Of a stretch of 64,000 nucleotides of DNA, positions 39,601 through 51,700 are shown piece after piece (position 1 is the stretch's first letter; every line of letters begins with the position of its first letter). The stretch spans positions 6,536,137-6,600,136 of the forward strand of contig CM082595.2 of NCBI GenBank assembly GCA_040954595.2. Reading direction: 5' to 3'. The notes beneath the pieces were generated by a model. That model was not told the origin of the DNA and searched no databases. It saw only the letters and a list, made by a program, of their open reading frames with translations. The position numbers and the translations under genes are program-made. The stretch comes from Balanoglossus misakiensis. Lineage: Eukaryota > Animalia > Hemichordata.

Positions 39601-42093
39601 TGTAAAATGGTGAATTTGTCAGTAATCTGTGCGTGAGCACTTAAGTTATGTAAATGATGCCTTCCAGGTAGCTACATACATACTCTACAATGTTTCTAAA
39701 CTGTTCTTTAAGGCATGTGTATTTCAATAGCTTTTCTAAATTAATCATGTTGTCAAAGTACTTTTGATTTTTAAACCGCATTGGCCAAAAAATCAAACAT
39801 GTGCAAAAGAGTAATTCAGTCTCTGAGGCTTATAACTGTTAACAGCTGTGTAGTTTTAATTTGTCACTATATGTAACATACATGTACATATATACCATAA
39901 ACAAAACCTGCCACATTGTCAACAACCATGTCTATGTTCGTGGTTATCTTGTTTATCAGAAACAACTAGGTTCAAGAGTTTCAGGAACATTTTTGCTGGA
40001 TAGGCAGTTCAGTGCAAACTGTGAAAATATTTATCTAGTCAATGCAATTGATTTTATGATAAGACGCGTACAAAATGGGAACTGTCTCAACATCGCACAT
40101 CTCTCCAGAAATCCATGAATCCGAAGTCAACCATCTATTAATCTTCTTTTCTATTCACACTTTTGATAATCCAAAAGTAAGATGGAAGGGTTTTACCACA
40201 CACATGGGATGCAGCTTTTGCCGGCAGTGTTCCAAACAATGCTGCATGTAAAAATAGCTTGATGTTGCTCTCTTTGGATTAATACTCAGGTTGTCTTGGA
40301 TAATTTCAAATCCTCAAAGTTTTAATATTTTAAGTTTTTTCTCTTTGAGCAATCCCAGTCGCATTATGTGGTGCAGGAAATGACAAGCAGATGCTTTTGG
40401 TGCATAAATAATTTGCAGGTGTCTAGTCCCTCCTGCTAGAGGCTAAATGGGACAGCTGTGTCATGCACTGGTTGCTGTATAAATGGCAGAGATTTCAACC
40501 GATCTATCAAGAGGTGGACTATTTACAATCTATGCTGAGACAACTCCATTTCTATGGCATTAATCCAGTCAGTAGCAAACAATCCAACTTGATCTTTCAT
40601 TTTACTTCAAATTTGTCATAGTCTAGCATAGCTCAAATCTTGGTCGAGTCTCGCAGATAATTTGTGTCCATTCCAGTCTGACTGTTAACACCCTAGTTCC
40701 AACATGGTTAGTAACCGTGGACCTGATAAAAACTTAAAGATCACATTCATTTTTACAGGCTAAAAAATCTCCAATCAAATTTTTCGCACCTAATTTCTTT
40801 GTGCTCTGCACCATCTGAAATGAGGTCCTGATTAAGAAATGAATTGTAGCCATTGCATTAATAGAGGGCGCTCATCCAGTTGTCTCCATGACAATCACCA
40901 TCCTCTCACAAAGTATTGTAATGTACTTGGCTGCAGCAAATGAGAGATTGGTGGTACATTCGACAAACTGAACACAGCTCCTCATGAGTGCACGTTTCAG
41001 TTGTCCTGTCCAACTGCCACTGGCATTAGATGAGATCAAGTGTCGATGTATCTGTGTCAGTCATTTAAAGGGAAAAACCATATTAGGATTTGCAAAACAT
41101 TCTGAATTTGTAGATAAAATGGGGGATAACTCAAAATGAAAAATCTTATTTTCCTGATTTTGTACACTAGTGAATTTAAGGAAACAAAAATAAAGAGTAA
41201 ACATGGTGTTCCCAACCTACTTTATTTTAGTTAAGGGTCTTGAATAAGAGGAAACAATAAATATAATTCCATCAAAGGTCAGGGCTGTTTCCCTTAAAGT
41301 AATAAACTAATATTATATTCTAATATTGTTCCTATTCATCTTCGCAAGTTAAAACATTCTGTTGGCACATTAATACATGTATACCAATAATTAGCAAAAA
41401 CATGGCAAAAGAGTCTTGCACACATGAATTCATGTCAGTTCACAGGACCTCGATGTTATTACATATGAATCATGGACAGGTGAGAAACAATTGAGGGTAC
41501 AGACAGATTAATTCTCCGGAATTAATGAATCTCTGAATGAAATTGCCCAAGGCCATGCTTGCGACAGACTATAATTAGTGAATGTACAGGTACAGTAGAC
41601 ATGATGGTTGTAACAGTTGTCAACATTCAATACAAATGAACTGAATGAATAATGCAAGTTCCTACAATACACTAATCTTTTCCGTTAGAATTTTGCAGAA
41701 TTCATGGTGAGATAATGTCATTTTATGGAGAGCAGTTCCGCTAAATTTAGACACACAGCTGTGTATATCGCTCCTGGATGACATTTCTGAGTGTCGTTTG
41801 GTTTAAATGGCTTCCCAAGAGATGATCTTTTCCATCAGATTCTGATTCAAGTTACTTCTAAGTATTCCCAATTCCCTGTGCAATTTGCCAGCTTTCTTCT
41901 TTTTCCAGGTATTAAACAAGACTAGATGTCACATAAGGGAATTGCTAATAAGTTAGTCGACGAGACATTTTATCTCCCATTTGGTTTATGTTATAAACCA
42001 GAGGGAGGTTATGGGATCTCTCTGCATCCATCTACGGTACTTGTCTGTGTGTCTGTTTGTTTGTTTGTACCGAGTATAGTGTACCAGTATACA

Positions 42094-42465
42094 ATGTATG
42101 TATGTATGTATGTATGTATGTATGTATGTATGTATGTATGTATGTATGTATGTATGTATGTATGTATGTATGTATGTATGTATGTATGTATGTATGTATG
42201 TATGTATGTATGTATGTATGTATGTATGTATGTATGTATGTATGTATGTATGTATGTATGTATGTATGTATGTATGTATGTATGTATGTATGTATGTATG
42301 TATGTATGTATGTATGTATGTATGTACCGTGTATGTATGTATGTATGTATGTATGTATGTATGTATGTATGTATGTATGTATGTATGTATGTATGTATGT
42401 ATGTATGTATGTATGTATGTATGTATGTATGTATGTATGTATGTATGTATGTATGTATGTATGTA
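42094..42465. repeat. (TATG)n microsatellite, ~370 bp, one interruption near 42326
   Basis: Read directly; source of the MYVC/HTYI ORFs. Confidence 0.97.
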
Positions 42466-45350
42466 CATACATATGCTGAGGTGTATGTATGTACTGGTAC
42501 ATTGCAAAAACTTGAATATTCTTCATGTGATGGGCAGTAGAGGTGTAATGTGAAGTAAATGACTGCTGTCTTCCGCAGACTATTACGATTTTATGGCCAG
42601 GCTCGTTATTTCGCTCGAACTAGCTTGACAGGTTGGTTAAGTGTTTGAAGGGAACTAATAAGAATTGAATGACAGGGCTAGAAGAGCATTAGGGATGAGC
42701 TAAGGACTGTTTGGGGTATCCTTTAGCCCCTGATAAGACGTCAAAGCAGTGAAGGCTCTTCAACAAACCATGCATAAATTATGAATATGGTAGCTGCTTT
42801 TAACCTCTATTGAATGTTTGGTTTCACGGTTATACTGGGGTACATGTACTTGAAAATGTTCATGTTGACTGTAAACATGGAAAAGAAATTGTACATGCAT
42901 GCGGACACTGGTTTTAAAGCTTGGGGATGTTGATTTCCGACAAAGATAATATTAGATAATATTTTGGTAAAGGGAATGGCATTAATTTTATTAGTTATAA
43001 AAGTATCGTATTTGTGATAAACACGGGTTTTGTGAATACATGTAGCTGTAAATAACGATGATCTTGCAAGAGGTTAGCTAATACCCCTTGGCTATAACCT
43101 GTATTATTTAATTAAGTAGGCAAATTCTCTCTTGTTGGTAAAGTGTTATTGAAATCAATTAGTGTATAATGAACATAAAAATTATCGTATGATTCTCCTT
43201 TGTCAATATAACTAGGGCAGATGGAAGTAGAAAAATGGATTACTACGGGAAACAAATGTGCTTCAGGTGATGTTTGCAAAAGTAAATTCTGTATATTTCC
43301 TGCCCATTAAGTGTATGTGGTGTCAGATTTTAATAGGCAGATGATCCGATTTACTTTATAAAATTCTCTTTTTATGCAGACACGACTTTGCACGATTTTA
43401 GACTAATGCCTGCCAGTAAGGTTCAACATTATCCTTTAATGGCTTTCAGGGCAGAAAAGCTCAGTTTATTGTCAAAAAGGTGTAATTTAATGACCAAAGA
43501 TGCATCATTGGGTATCCCCTTTAGTATAGTGCATATGTCTGTATCTCTGTCTGTCTGTTCGTCTGTCAGTCTGTCAGTCTATCTGTCTGTCTGTATGTGT
43601 GTGTACATGTATGTACATGTATGTAGTGACGTCTATATTATAGTATAATTTCCCCATCTGGTATTTGAAATGCCGTGGCCAATTTTAAATTGCATACGTT
43701 GTTTGATGAGAATGAGAGGTGAAATATTTACGCTAGTATCGATGTTGCGTGTGCTAATTTCTTCTTAAAAGGTTGGAGGTGGTTGAGAAAATCTGTTCCA
43801 AATTATGTGCTTGTTCCAAATGTTATGTGGCAAAAACTCCTGATAGTAACATGAAGTTTTGAATAGGCAACGGATGGGCCACAGGCGCTTGCAAACTTTC
43901 TCTGTGTCATCTGTACTTTAGCAGTTGGACTTATGCTTTCGTTGATAAATTATGTACATACCAGATGAAATTAACTTATAATACATGTTGTACTATTTTT
44001 ATATAACCATGCAAAAGCCTGCAGGGACATGCAATACTGTGCCAATAATTACTTTGTGCTTTCAGCAGTGCTCAGCTCATGCATTAATAATTATACACAA
44101 TGTACAAAAGTTAAATTTATACCATCAGCTTTGTATTATACCCGGTATACACCAGATAAATCATATCAGCCATTTTAGAGATCCAAACTTTAGAATGATC
44201 AGACTTTAATGTAGTCCTGCATTTTCTCAGTTCTATCAATCTTCAGTCCCTTACGCAATTAAACACTTGATCTGTGACTTTTTAATCTTTCATTATCCAG
44301 TGAATGAATCTGTAAAAACACAACAACAGAATTTTGTGTTTGCGCTTATCCCACCTGTTAGGCAATGAATTGGCATCCAGCGAGATGGAATTTCAATTGC
44401 TAGTTGAAAAATTAACTTGAAATAATCTCACTTGTGGCCACATGTTGTGTTGTCTAAACTATCTGGGGAGATATATTTTTTTCTGTTCTTGCCTAAACTG
44501 TCTCCAAGGAAGCATTTGTGATGTCAAGTATAACGCTTAGATCCCGCGAGAGAATTCTTCACTGCACAGTGAAAATGTAAAATGTGAATGGTGGCCATTT
44601 AATCACACAGCCAATTAGAATGTTTAAATATTAAAATGTGGCCAAGTGTCATCATTTATCATCAGTAATCGACTTCTTTCACTGCACCGTGTTTAACTTT
44701 CATACACTGTATTACATAATGAAAAATATTATGAAGTATTATAATAGTGATCACTTCCTTTTTATAATAAAATGACTGTATATTCAGCTTTCTACCAAAT
44801 AACAATAACATGGCACACTTAATAATAATTTGCACCAGTTAAATTATCTCTTTTTAAATTCCTTCATCTCAAGCAAGATCAGAATTGAGATGAAAAGGCA
44901 TATTTTAATACGTGATTTTGAATATCGTAATCAATTACCACGTTTTTAAAGGAAAAACACTGCCACGTAAATGTAGGTTTTTGTGCTCGCAACTGATCAA
45001 CAGTAGCATTTACATGATAACAGTAGAAAATCGTGAAGGCATGATTAGCTGGAGAGTGACTTGACATGCAAAGTATTTTTTTGTGATTTATGAAGGTAAT
45101 TAATTCTTAGATTTGTAGTCGTTAAATGGCGACTAGAGTCAGGATGCTGAGTTCAATGTAATTTGTATACGTACTTGATAGTGCAGGTATAATTTACTCG
45201 GCTGTAGTCAAAGTAGATCAGATTGGGTTTTTTATCACTCTTACGAGAAATAGGACTAGCTGAATACATCAAATGAGGGCATTGACTGAATCATTTCTGA
45301 TTTTCAACATTGTACCGGTTTTCTGGGGGATGAACGGTACATGTTCATCA

Positions 45351-45363
45351 GTTGCCTAGCAAC
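45351..45363. promoter_or_regulatory. RFX X-box upstream of the proximal ECE first exon
   Basis: GTTGCCTAGCAAC, near-perfect RFX consensus, ~325 bp upstream of ATG 45688. Confidence 0.5.
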
Positions 45364-45687
45364 AGAGAGGCCAAGAAGGAACGTCTTGAAGGTCATTTTA
45401 AGGTCGCACTGAATTTCTGAGCTTGTTAGCGTGATTTACGAGAGGGACGTTACGAGCTGAGCTGAATGTCACCTAGTGCACAATGTATGTATACAAAGGC
45501 TTCTTGCGTCGGCTGTCTCCCTGACAGGAATTTCTGAACTTGCTCGGTGGTCTGTTGAAGAGACAGCGTCTCTGTGCTCTTCTGACAGCCGCGCGAGGAG
45601 GGGAAAGCGTTTAGTCAGTACTGACAAAATAGTCTCCGTTCACTTTTGTGTGTGGGGATTAACGTCTCCGGAACATCACGGCTGGAA

Positions 45688-45720
45688 ATGACGGATGTTA
45701 CAGAGAAAGATTCGGAGAAG
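45688..45720 (+). CDS. ECE1: ECE alternative first coding exon ([11 protein letters not shown])
   Basis: GAAATGA start context, AAG|GTAAGG donor in phase 0, preceded by a CpG-richer region with an RFX box. Confidence 0.65.
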
Positions 45721-48700
45721 GTAAGGTTTGGATTGTCAGTCTCGTCTGTCGGTGCTTTCAGAATATCACACTGGGAGAGTGTTTGTGACTTAGATCACAT
45801 CATTTGCTTGTGCAGGGATTTGACAGTGATGTCTAAACCACAAATACAATGTGACTCAGATTGATAGCACAGTCCTGTGTGTTCAGAAGAGTTGTCTGTA
45901 TATAGTCCTACATGTATGGAATTACATTTACCCAGTATTATTGTTTGGTGGCCTGTGTGATTCACAGAGATCTTACCTTAAATTTCTGTGTCATTTAAAT
46001 GGCATGTATTAATGCCCCAGTATATCAGCAGTGATATTTACACCAAGCCAAGTGCTCTGCTGTCGTTAAACTATTTTCTGCAGGATCATACTACTATTTA
46101 CGGAAAGCATCACCAAAATTTCATTTCTTTAATAAACATCTGTCCCCATTGCAAGGGATGTATTACCTTAAATTTAAATAAATATAATGTATAAAAGCTT
46201 GTGAGGGTTGCTGTTTGTATGCTGGACAACAGCACTAACATTCTAAAACCACAAAAAGGATAAACCAGATCATCACGATGCTACTTAAAGAATATATGAT
46301 GCTAGAAACAAAGATACCGGTAATACATGTAAAGTTGAAGTCAGCCCATAAATGTGTCAACACTAGTTTCCTTAGCCCATTCAGTCAGAAATTGGTTTAC
46401 TGGTGTGTATGTGAGTGATGTTGTCTGTCGTTTTAAGCTAAACAGAATTTACTGCCGACAGTATAGAAATTGTAGGGTAGTACATCACTGCACTCGTGCC
46501 ACAACTATAAAGTTTGTTGTTATGTTTCAACCATGAGTGAGTCGTAAAATTATGGTCCATGCGTGTAATCCCTGGCACTTGGTGTTTTTATCATTGTGGG
46601 GCTGTTATCCGTATTCCCAATAAAGTTTAACGTTTTTATTCTGTTGTTCTGTGAGATCAGTGTGTAATACATAATATATGAAAAGCGTTTCAATCAGGTT
46701 TGCCTGTATTGTGTAAAGGAAGTTTGACTTCCCTAATTTGTGTGGTCACTGAGAAAGATTGTCAATGTTAATCAATTTCAAGTTTACATGATTTCAGTCG
46801 ATGGCCTTCACTGTTCAAAATTCAGTCAAAAATGAAAAAATAAGACTTTACTTATGTGATATATCCTTAAAGGTCTGCTTTGAGGAGGGAATTTAATCAT
46901 CTTGCGGTGCTCTTTCTGTGTAAGTGTTGAGATTGCCTTGAAACCAGTTAACAACATATGTTTCTGACACACACCTATCCCCGTGCACAATGACATTCAG
47001 TCTGCTATTTCAGATGCACACAAGAACGCCATGATTCACAGATGAATGACGGTCATTAACAGGCTTCACGGTCCTCTTGAGTGAGACGATCGAGAAATCG
47101 ATCCGTTGGAAATGGGATTTCTATACACCTTTCCGCAATATGAAATAAAAATAGCAGTCGATAAAAAACGGTATATTACAAATCTCCAATCAGCAGCTGT
47201 CAATCAATGTATCCCAGTGTTAAACCCTTACATTGTATACAACATGTTTCGCTGTAAAAAAAAAACCTAAAATAGCATAAATTGAGAGAAAGATGATTTT
47301 GCAAAATAATGTGATGTATTTGGGCAACCAGGGATGCACTCTGTACTCACAAGGGAATGTTTACCACGAAAAAGAACTTAATTTTTCCGAGAATTTCCGC
47401 ATACATTAGAAGATGCTATTAGAGCATATGGTTTATTAGTTTGGCCTGTTATCAAATCTCCAAGCTGTCTCAGAGAAGTGTCAGTTAGCAACACATCAGT
47501 CCAGATCTTCTCGCCGATCATCTCCTCTCCTGTGATTACTTCGAACAGATGACAAAATATGAACGCACAACATTCGAGGACGGCGACACGGACGCGGACG
47601 CGGGCAGCACGGCCAGCCTGGAGCACACCCAGCCGGACGTCACGTTCCGGTCGCCGCAGCCGAAGCCCAAGACGCTGCTGTCCATGTGGAACGACTTCTC
47701 CCTGTTGGAGCGCATACTCTGTGTGTGTACCGTGCTGCTTCTCCTTACCGTACTGGTGCTCGTTTTAGTCATCGCAAATAATAAAAGAACAAGTAAGTGA
47801 TTCTACCATATCTTCAAAAACGTACCTCATACTCGCTCTGATTAAATATGATTTTATACTTGTTTTTACATTTTTTTGTTTTATTTTTCATGATGTGCAC
47901 AAAATAGTGATTAAAGAAGCAAAGTCGCCCACTTTTGATATATTGGTTTACCTGTAGTTTCTTCTGATAAATTGTCTATTTGGTTCTGCCCACTGAAATA
48001 TTCTCAACCACCAGTTGTTACAACTTAAAGGGACAAAGTCTCTCTCTCGCTGCCCTTTTTTCCATTAATTATATTTGATACAAGACACTGTTTGTTATTC
48101 TACATGTGGATATATAGTGAATGAACGTTCAACCACACACAACTTCCATCCCTCTTATAGACAGGAGAGTGAAAAAACTCGCCAAAATGAATAATCGTTC
48201 TTTTATTTTATTTTATTTATTTTGGGCGAGTTTTTACTCTCATATCATACAAGTGGGATGGAAGTTTTGTGTGGTTGATCATTGATTCACTATATATCCA
48301 CATTTACATTGACATGACCAGTGTCTTGTATCAAACATAATTAATGGAAAAGGGGCAGCTGGAGAGAGACTTTGTCCCTTTAATTCAAATCTTGTATGTG
48401 GATATATGATGACGAAAACTATTACAATTCAACTGTCATGTGCATTATGAACAAGGACAAATGAGACTTGAGGATGTGCGACAACCAGTCATTAAGCATG
48501 TCCCAGTGAAAACAACATTATTAATAATCTATTTAAAGACACACACACGAAAATGTCAGAAGTGAGTGACTTAATTTGTCTGATTAACGCTTATGTTCAA
48601 AAATACCTCAGATGTGTTGGACTATACATGTAGAATGTATACTTGCAAGTACCGTTTAAATTTATTAAAAGATTGCCAAGCTTAAAGGTATACGGTCACC

Positions 48701-51700
48701 TATGGAAAATTAGCTATAGTTACCATGGCAAATTGAGATCAAGCCAATCACACATTTTCAGTGGGTGGCACACGCGAAAAAAAGAGCGCCATCATATGTT
48801 CTTTAGAACGCTCAAATACTCTATTTCAGCCATATATGGGTGTATGTAAATTGGAGGTGACTGTATACCTTTAATGTCCGTCTTTGAAGTAAAACCCTTT
48901 TGCATTTTGAAAAGCATGACTTGCGAGGTTGTAATTGACCGCCGAAGGCTATACCCGTACCGGCCTGTGTTCACGACGTACAATTGTCCTCTCCCCGACT
49001 TAAGTAGCTGTGAAGTCCATGTAATTGCAGGAAATACGCACATATGTACAAATTGCACCTGTGTCGTGATTGAGGAGTTTGATTCGTGATTCAAGACAGT
49101 GTTGGGCGGATCCCTGCAGGCAGGTACATGCGACTCTGCCAGTGTGGGATTGATCAGCCAACGACTTCAAGACAGACCTTCATTTCCTGACTAAAATGTC
49201 AACTGTCATCCAAATGCTCCCTCATTTAGACTCGCGATCAGTGCTTGTGTTCGATCTGAACAGCAGTGTTAACTTACCAAGTGAATGGAATTTTATCTTC
49301 TAAGCCTTGTTTGACAATGACGTACAACAAGGGGTCGAGATAGAAATAAATTGTGATATTTTCAGTTCACACGTGTCATAAATGAATATTCATGAATTTT
49401 TGTCAGTTTCTAATATTGTACTAGTACATTTTAGTCATCATTAAAGCCCTGGTAATTCTAACTTTCAGCTATTGTTTTTTTCAGTATTTTTCTCCCTTGT
49501 ATCAACTCTTGTTTCTTGTTCTATTCTGTATAACTTTATGTGAGATTATGTCTTAAGCATCTCAACAAAGTCTGTATATGACAAACCGCCATTGTTATTG
49601 CTGACAAATGAATTCCAGTCTGGCCTTAAATTCAGTTGTCAACAATCACAGTACTGATTACTATGAAAGGGCTGTGTTTAAAATTTGTTTTTAAAACAAA
49701 TACAGGGCAATTATTGTTGTATTACACAGTAGAATGAGAAACCACAGTTGATACCAAACCAAAAATATTAGAAAAAATAGCTCAAAGTTTGACTTATTGG
49801 GGCTTTAATGAGTTTCCATCTGAATATTTTACATGAAATTTCTTCAATATGTGTGACTTTCTTTCATTACAATGTAGATTACTGTTTGACTCCAGCCTGT
49901 ATAACTGTAGCAAGTAGTATTCTGAGTTCCATGGATACCACAGTTGATCCCTGCCAAGATTTCTTCCAGTACTCGTGCGGAGGATGGATAAAAACACACC
50001 CCATTCCGGACGGCAGTTCTCGGTGGAATACTTTCGGCGTTCTGTGGCAGGAAAACCAGCTGGTGATGAAAAATGCGTTAGGTGAGGAGGAATGTTCTGG
50101 TGTGGTATTCTGACATGAAGTTGTCACTGAAAATTTTAAGGGACAAAGTCTCTCTCTCTCTCGCTGCCCTTTTTCCATTAATTATGTTTGACACAAGACA
50201 TCTTTTATGTTATTCGACATGTGTTTATATAGTGAATGAACGTTCACCGACACACAACTTCCATCCCGTTTGTAGGATATGCGAGTAAAAATCGTGCCAA
50301 AATGAATAAATGGTAGAGACCGCGATTATTCATTTTGGTTAGTTTTTCCAATTTTGTGTCTACAAGTGGGATGGAAGTTGTGTGTGGTCGAATGTTTGTT
50401 TCACTATATATCCACATGTAGAATAACACAAATGGTGTCTTGTATCAAACTTAATTAATGGGAAAAGGGCAGCCAGAGAGAGACTTTGTCCCTTTAAGGG
50501 CAGCGTTTTGTTGCTTCCCATTGCAGATGCAGTAACAAGGCAGGTTGGTTGGTCCCAATAGGAAAATGGGGAAAAGGGAACAATTCATTCGGCAAAATGT
50601 TAATTGATTTCACAATGAACGACATAGCTTTAACCCTTTCACCCCCAGTTTTCTCTATAGATGTCTAACTTTACTATTGAAAACAATTGATTAGGACCAA
50701 ACCATGGTGGTGAGAGGGTTAAAGTACATGTAAATACTGTAAAACACTTTATTTTCACGAGCAATAAATTTTCGCGAAATACGCGAGAACCAAAATAGCA
50801 TGAAAATAAAAAGTCGCGTACATTGTTTTTGAAGATAACGATGCAGTGAATGAAATAAGAGGAAGCGAAAATTAATACTCGCAAAAATAAAGTGTTTTAC
50901 AGTATACAAATCTCAAATGAGATCATAGGATAAGAACCAAAAACCTGACTCTAATGTTGTTCCATGTTTTCATTGACAGAAAAGCCACTTAATGAAACAC
51001 ACAGCGAGGCAGAGAGGAAAGCTCAGAGATACTATCAGTCCTGTATGGATAAAAAGAAGCTCATTGAAAAAATTAAAGCTAAACCGCTAATAGAAGTAGT
51101 TAAAAAGGTACCTGCACCATGCAATCTCTTGTTTGCCTTGACGCTTCCTTTAAGTATTTTTCATTCCCTCTACCCGATGGACAGACAGAGAGGTTGACGG
51201 ACATGTAGGTTGACGGACATGTAGATTGACAGACTAACAGTTAAATTGATTAAGGCTACTGCATTTTATCGAACTGTCAACATACTGTGTACCAGGAAAT
51301 TTTTGCAAACAATAAATTTTGCAAACTATGCATTGGCCAGAAAAAAATATGAAAATAGATAGTTACAAATTTTTTTAAGAAAAATGGTTTACATTGTGAA
51401 ATAAGAGTATGTGAAAATTAATTGTTGCGAAATATTCTTTTGAAATCGTGAAATTTCTAATCGCGAACATTTTCCAGTATTCTGCACACATGTTGTCAGA
51501 AGGGAGTTTTTGACTGTCGAAATCAGTGCATACAAATACATGTTTGTCTGTGCAATTCATATCAACCATATAACAACCCCTGTTACTTTATACTTCTAGA
51601 TTGGTGGATGGAGTATATTTGGAGAATGGAATGAGAGCAATTTTGATTTTAATGCAACTCTGCGATCACTGAGTGACTTTGACGTACAGCCATTTTTTGG

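Noticed and set aside
41926-42553. Long ORFs of 140-204 aa (MYVC/HTYI repeats)
   Set aside because: Translations of the (TATG)n microsatellite
10533-45600. An N-terminal methyltransferase module like the vertebrate EEF1AKMT4-ECE2 readthrough
   Set aside because: No SAM-binding motif or methyltransferase-like exons seen by eye
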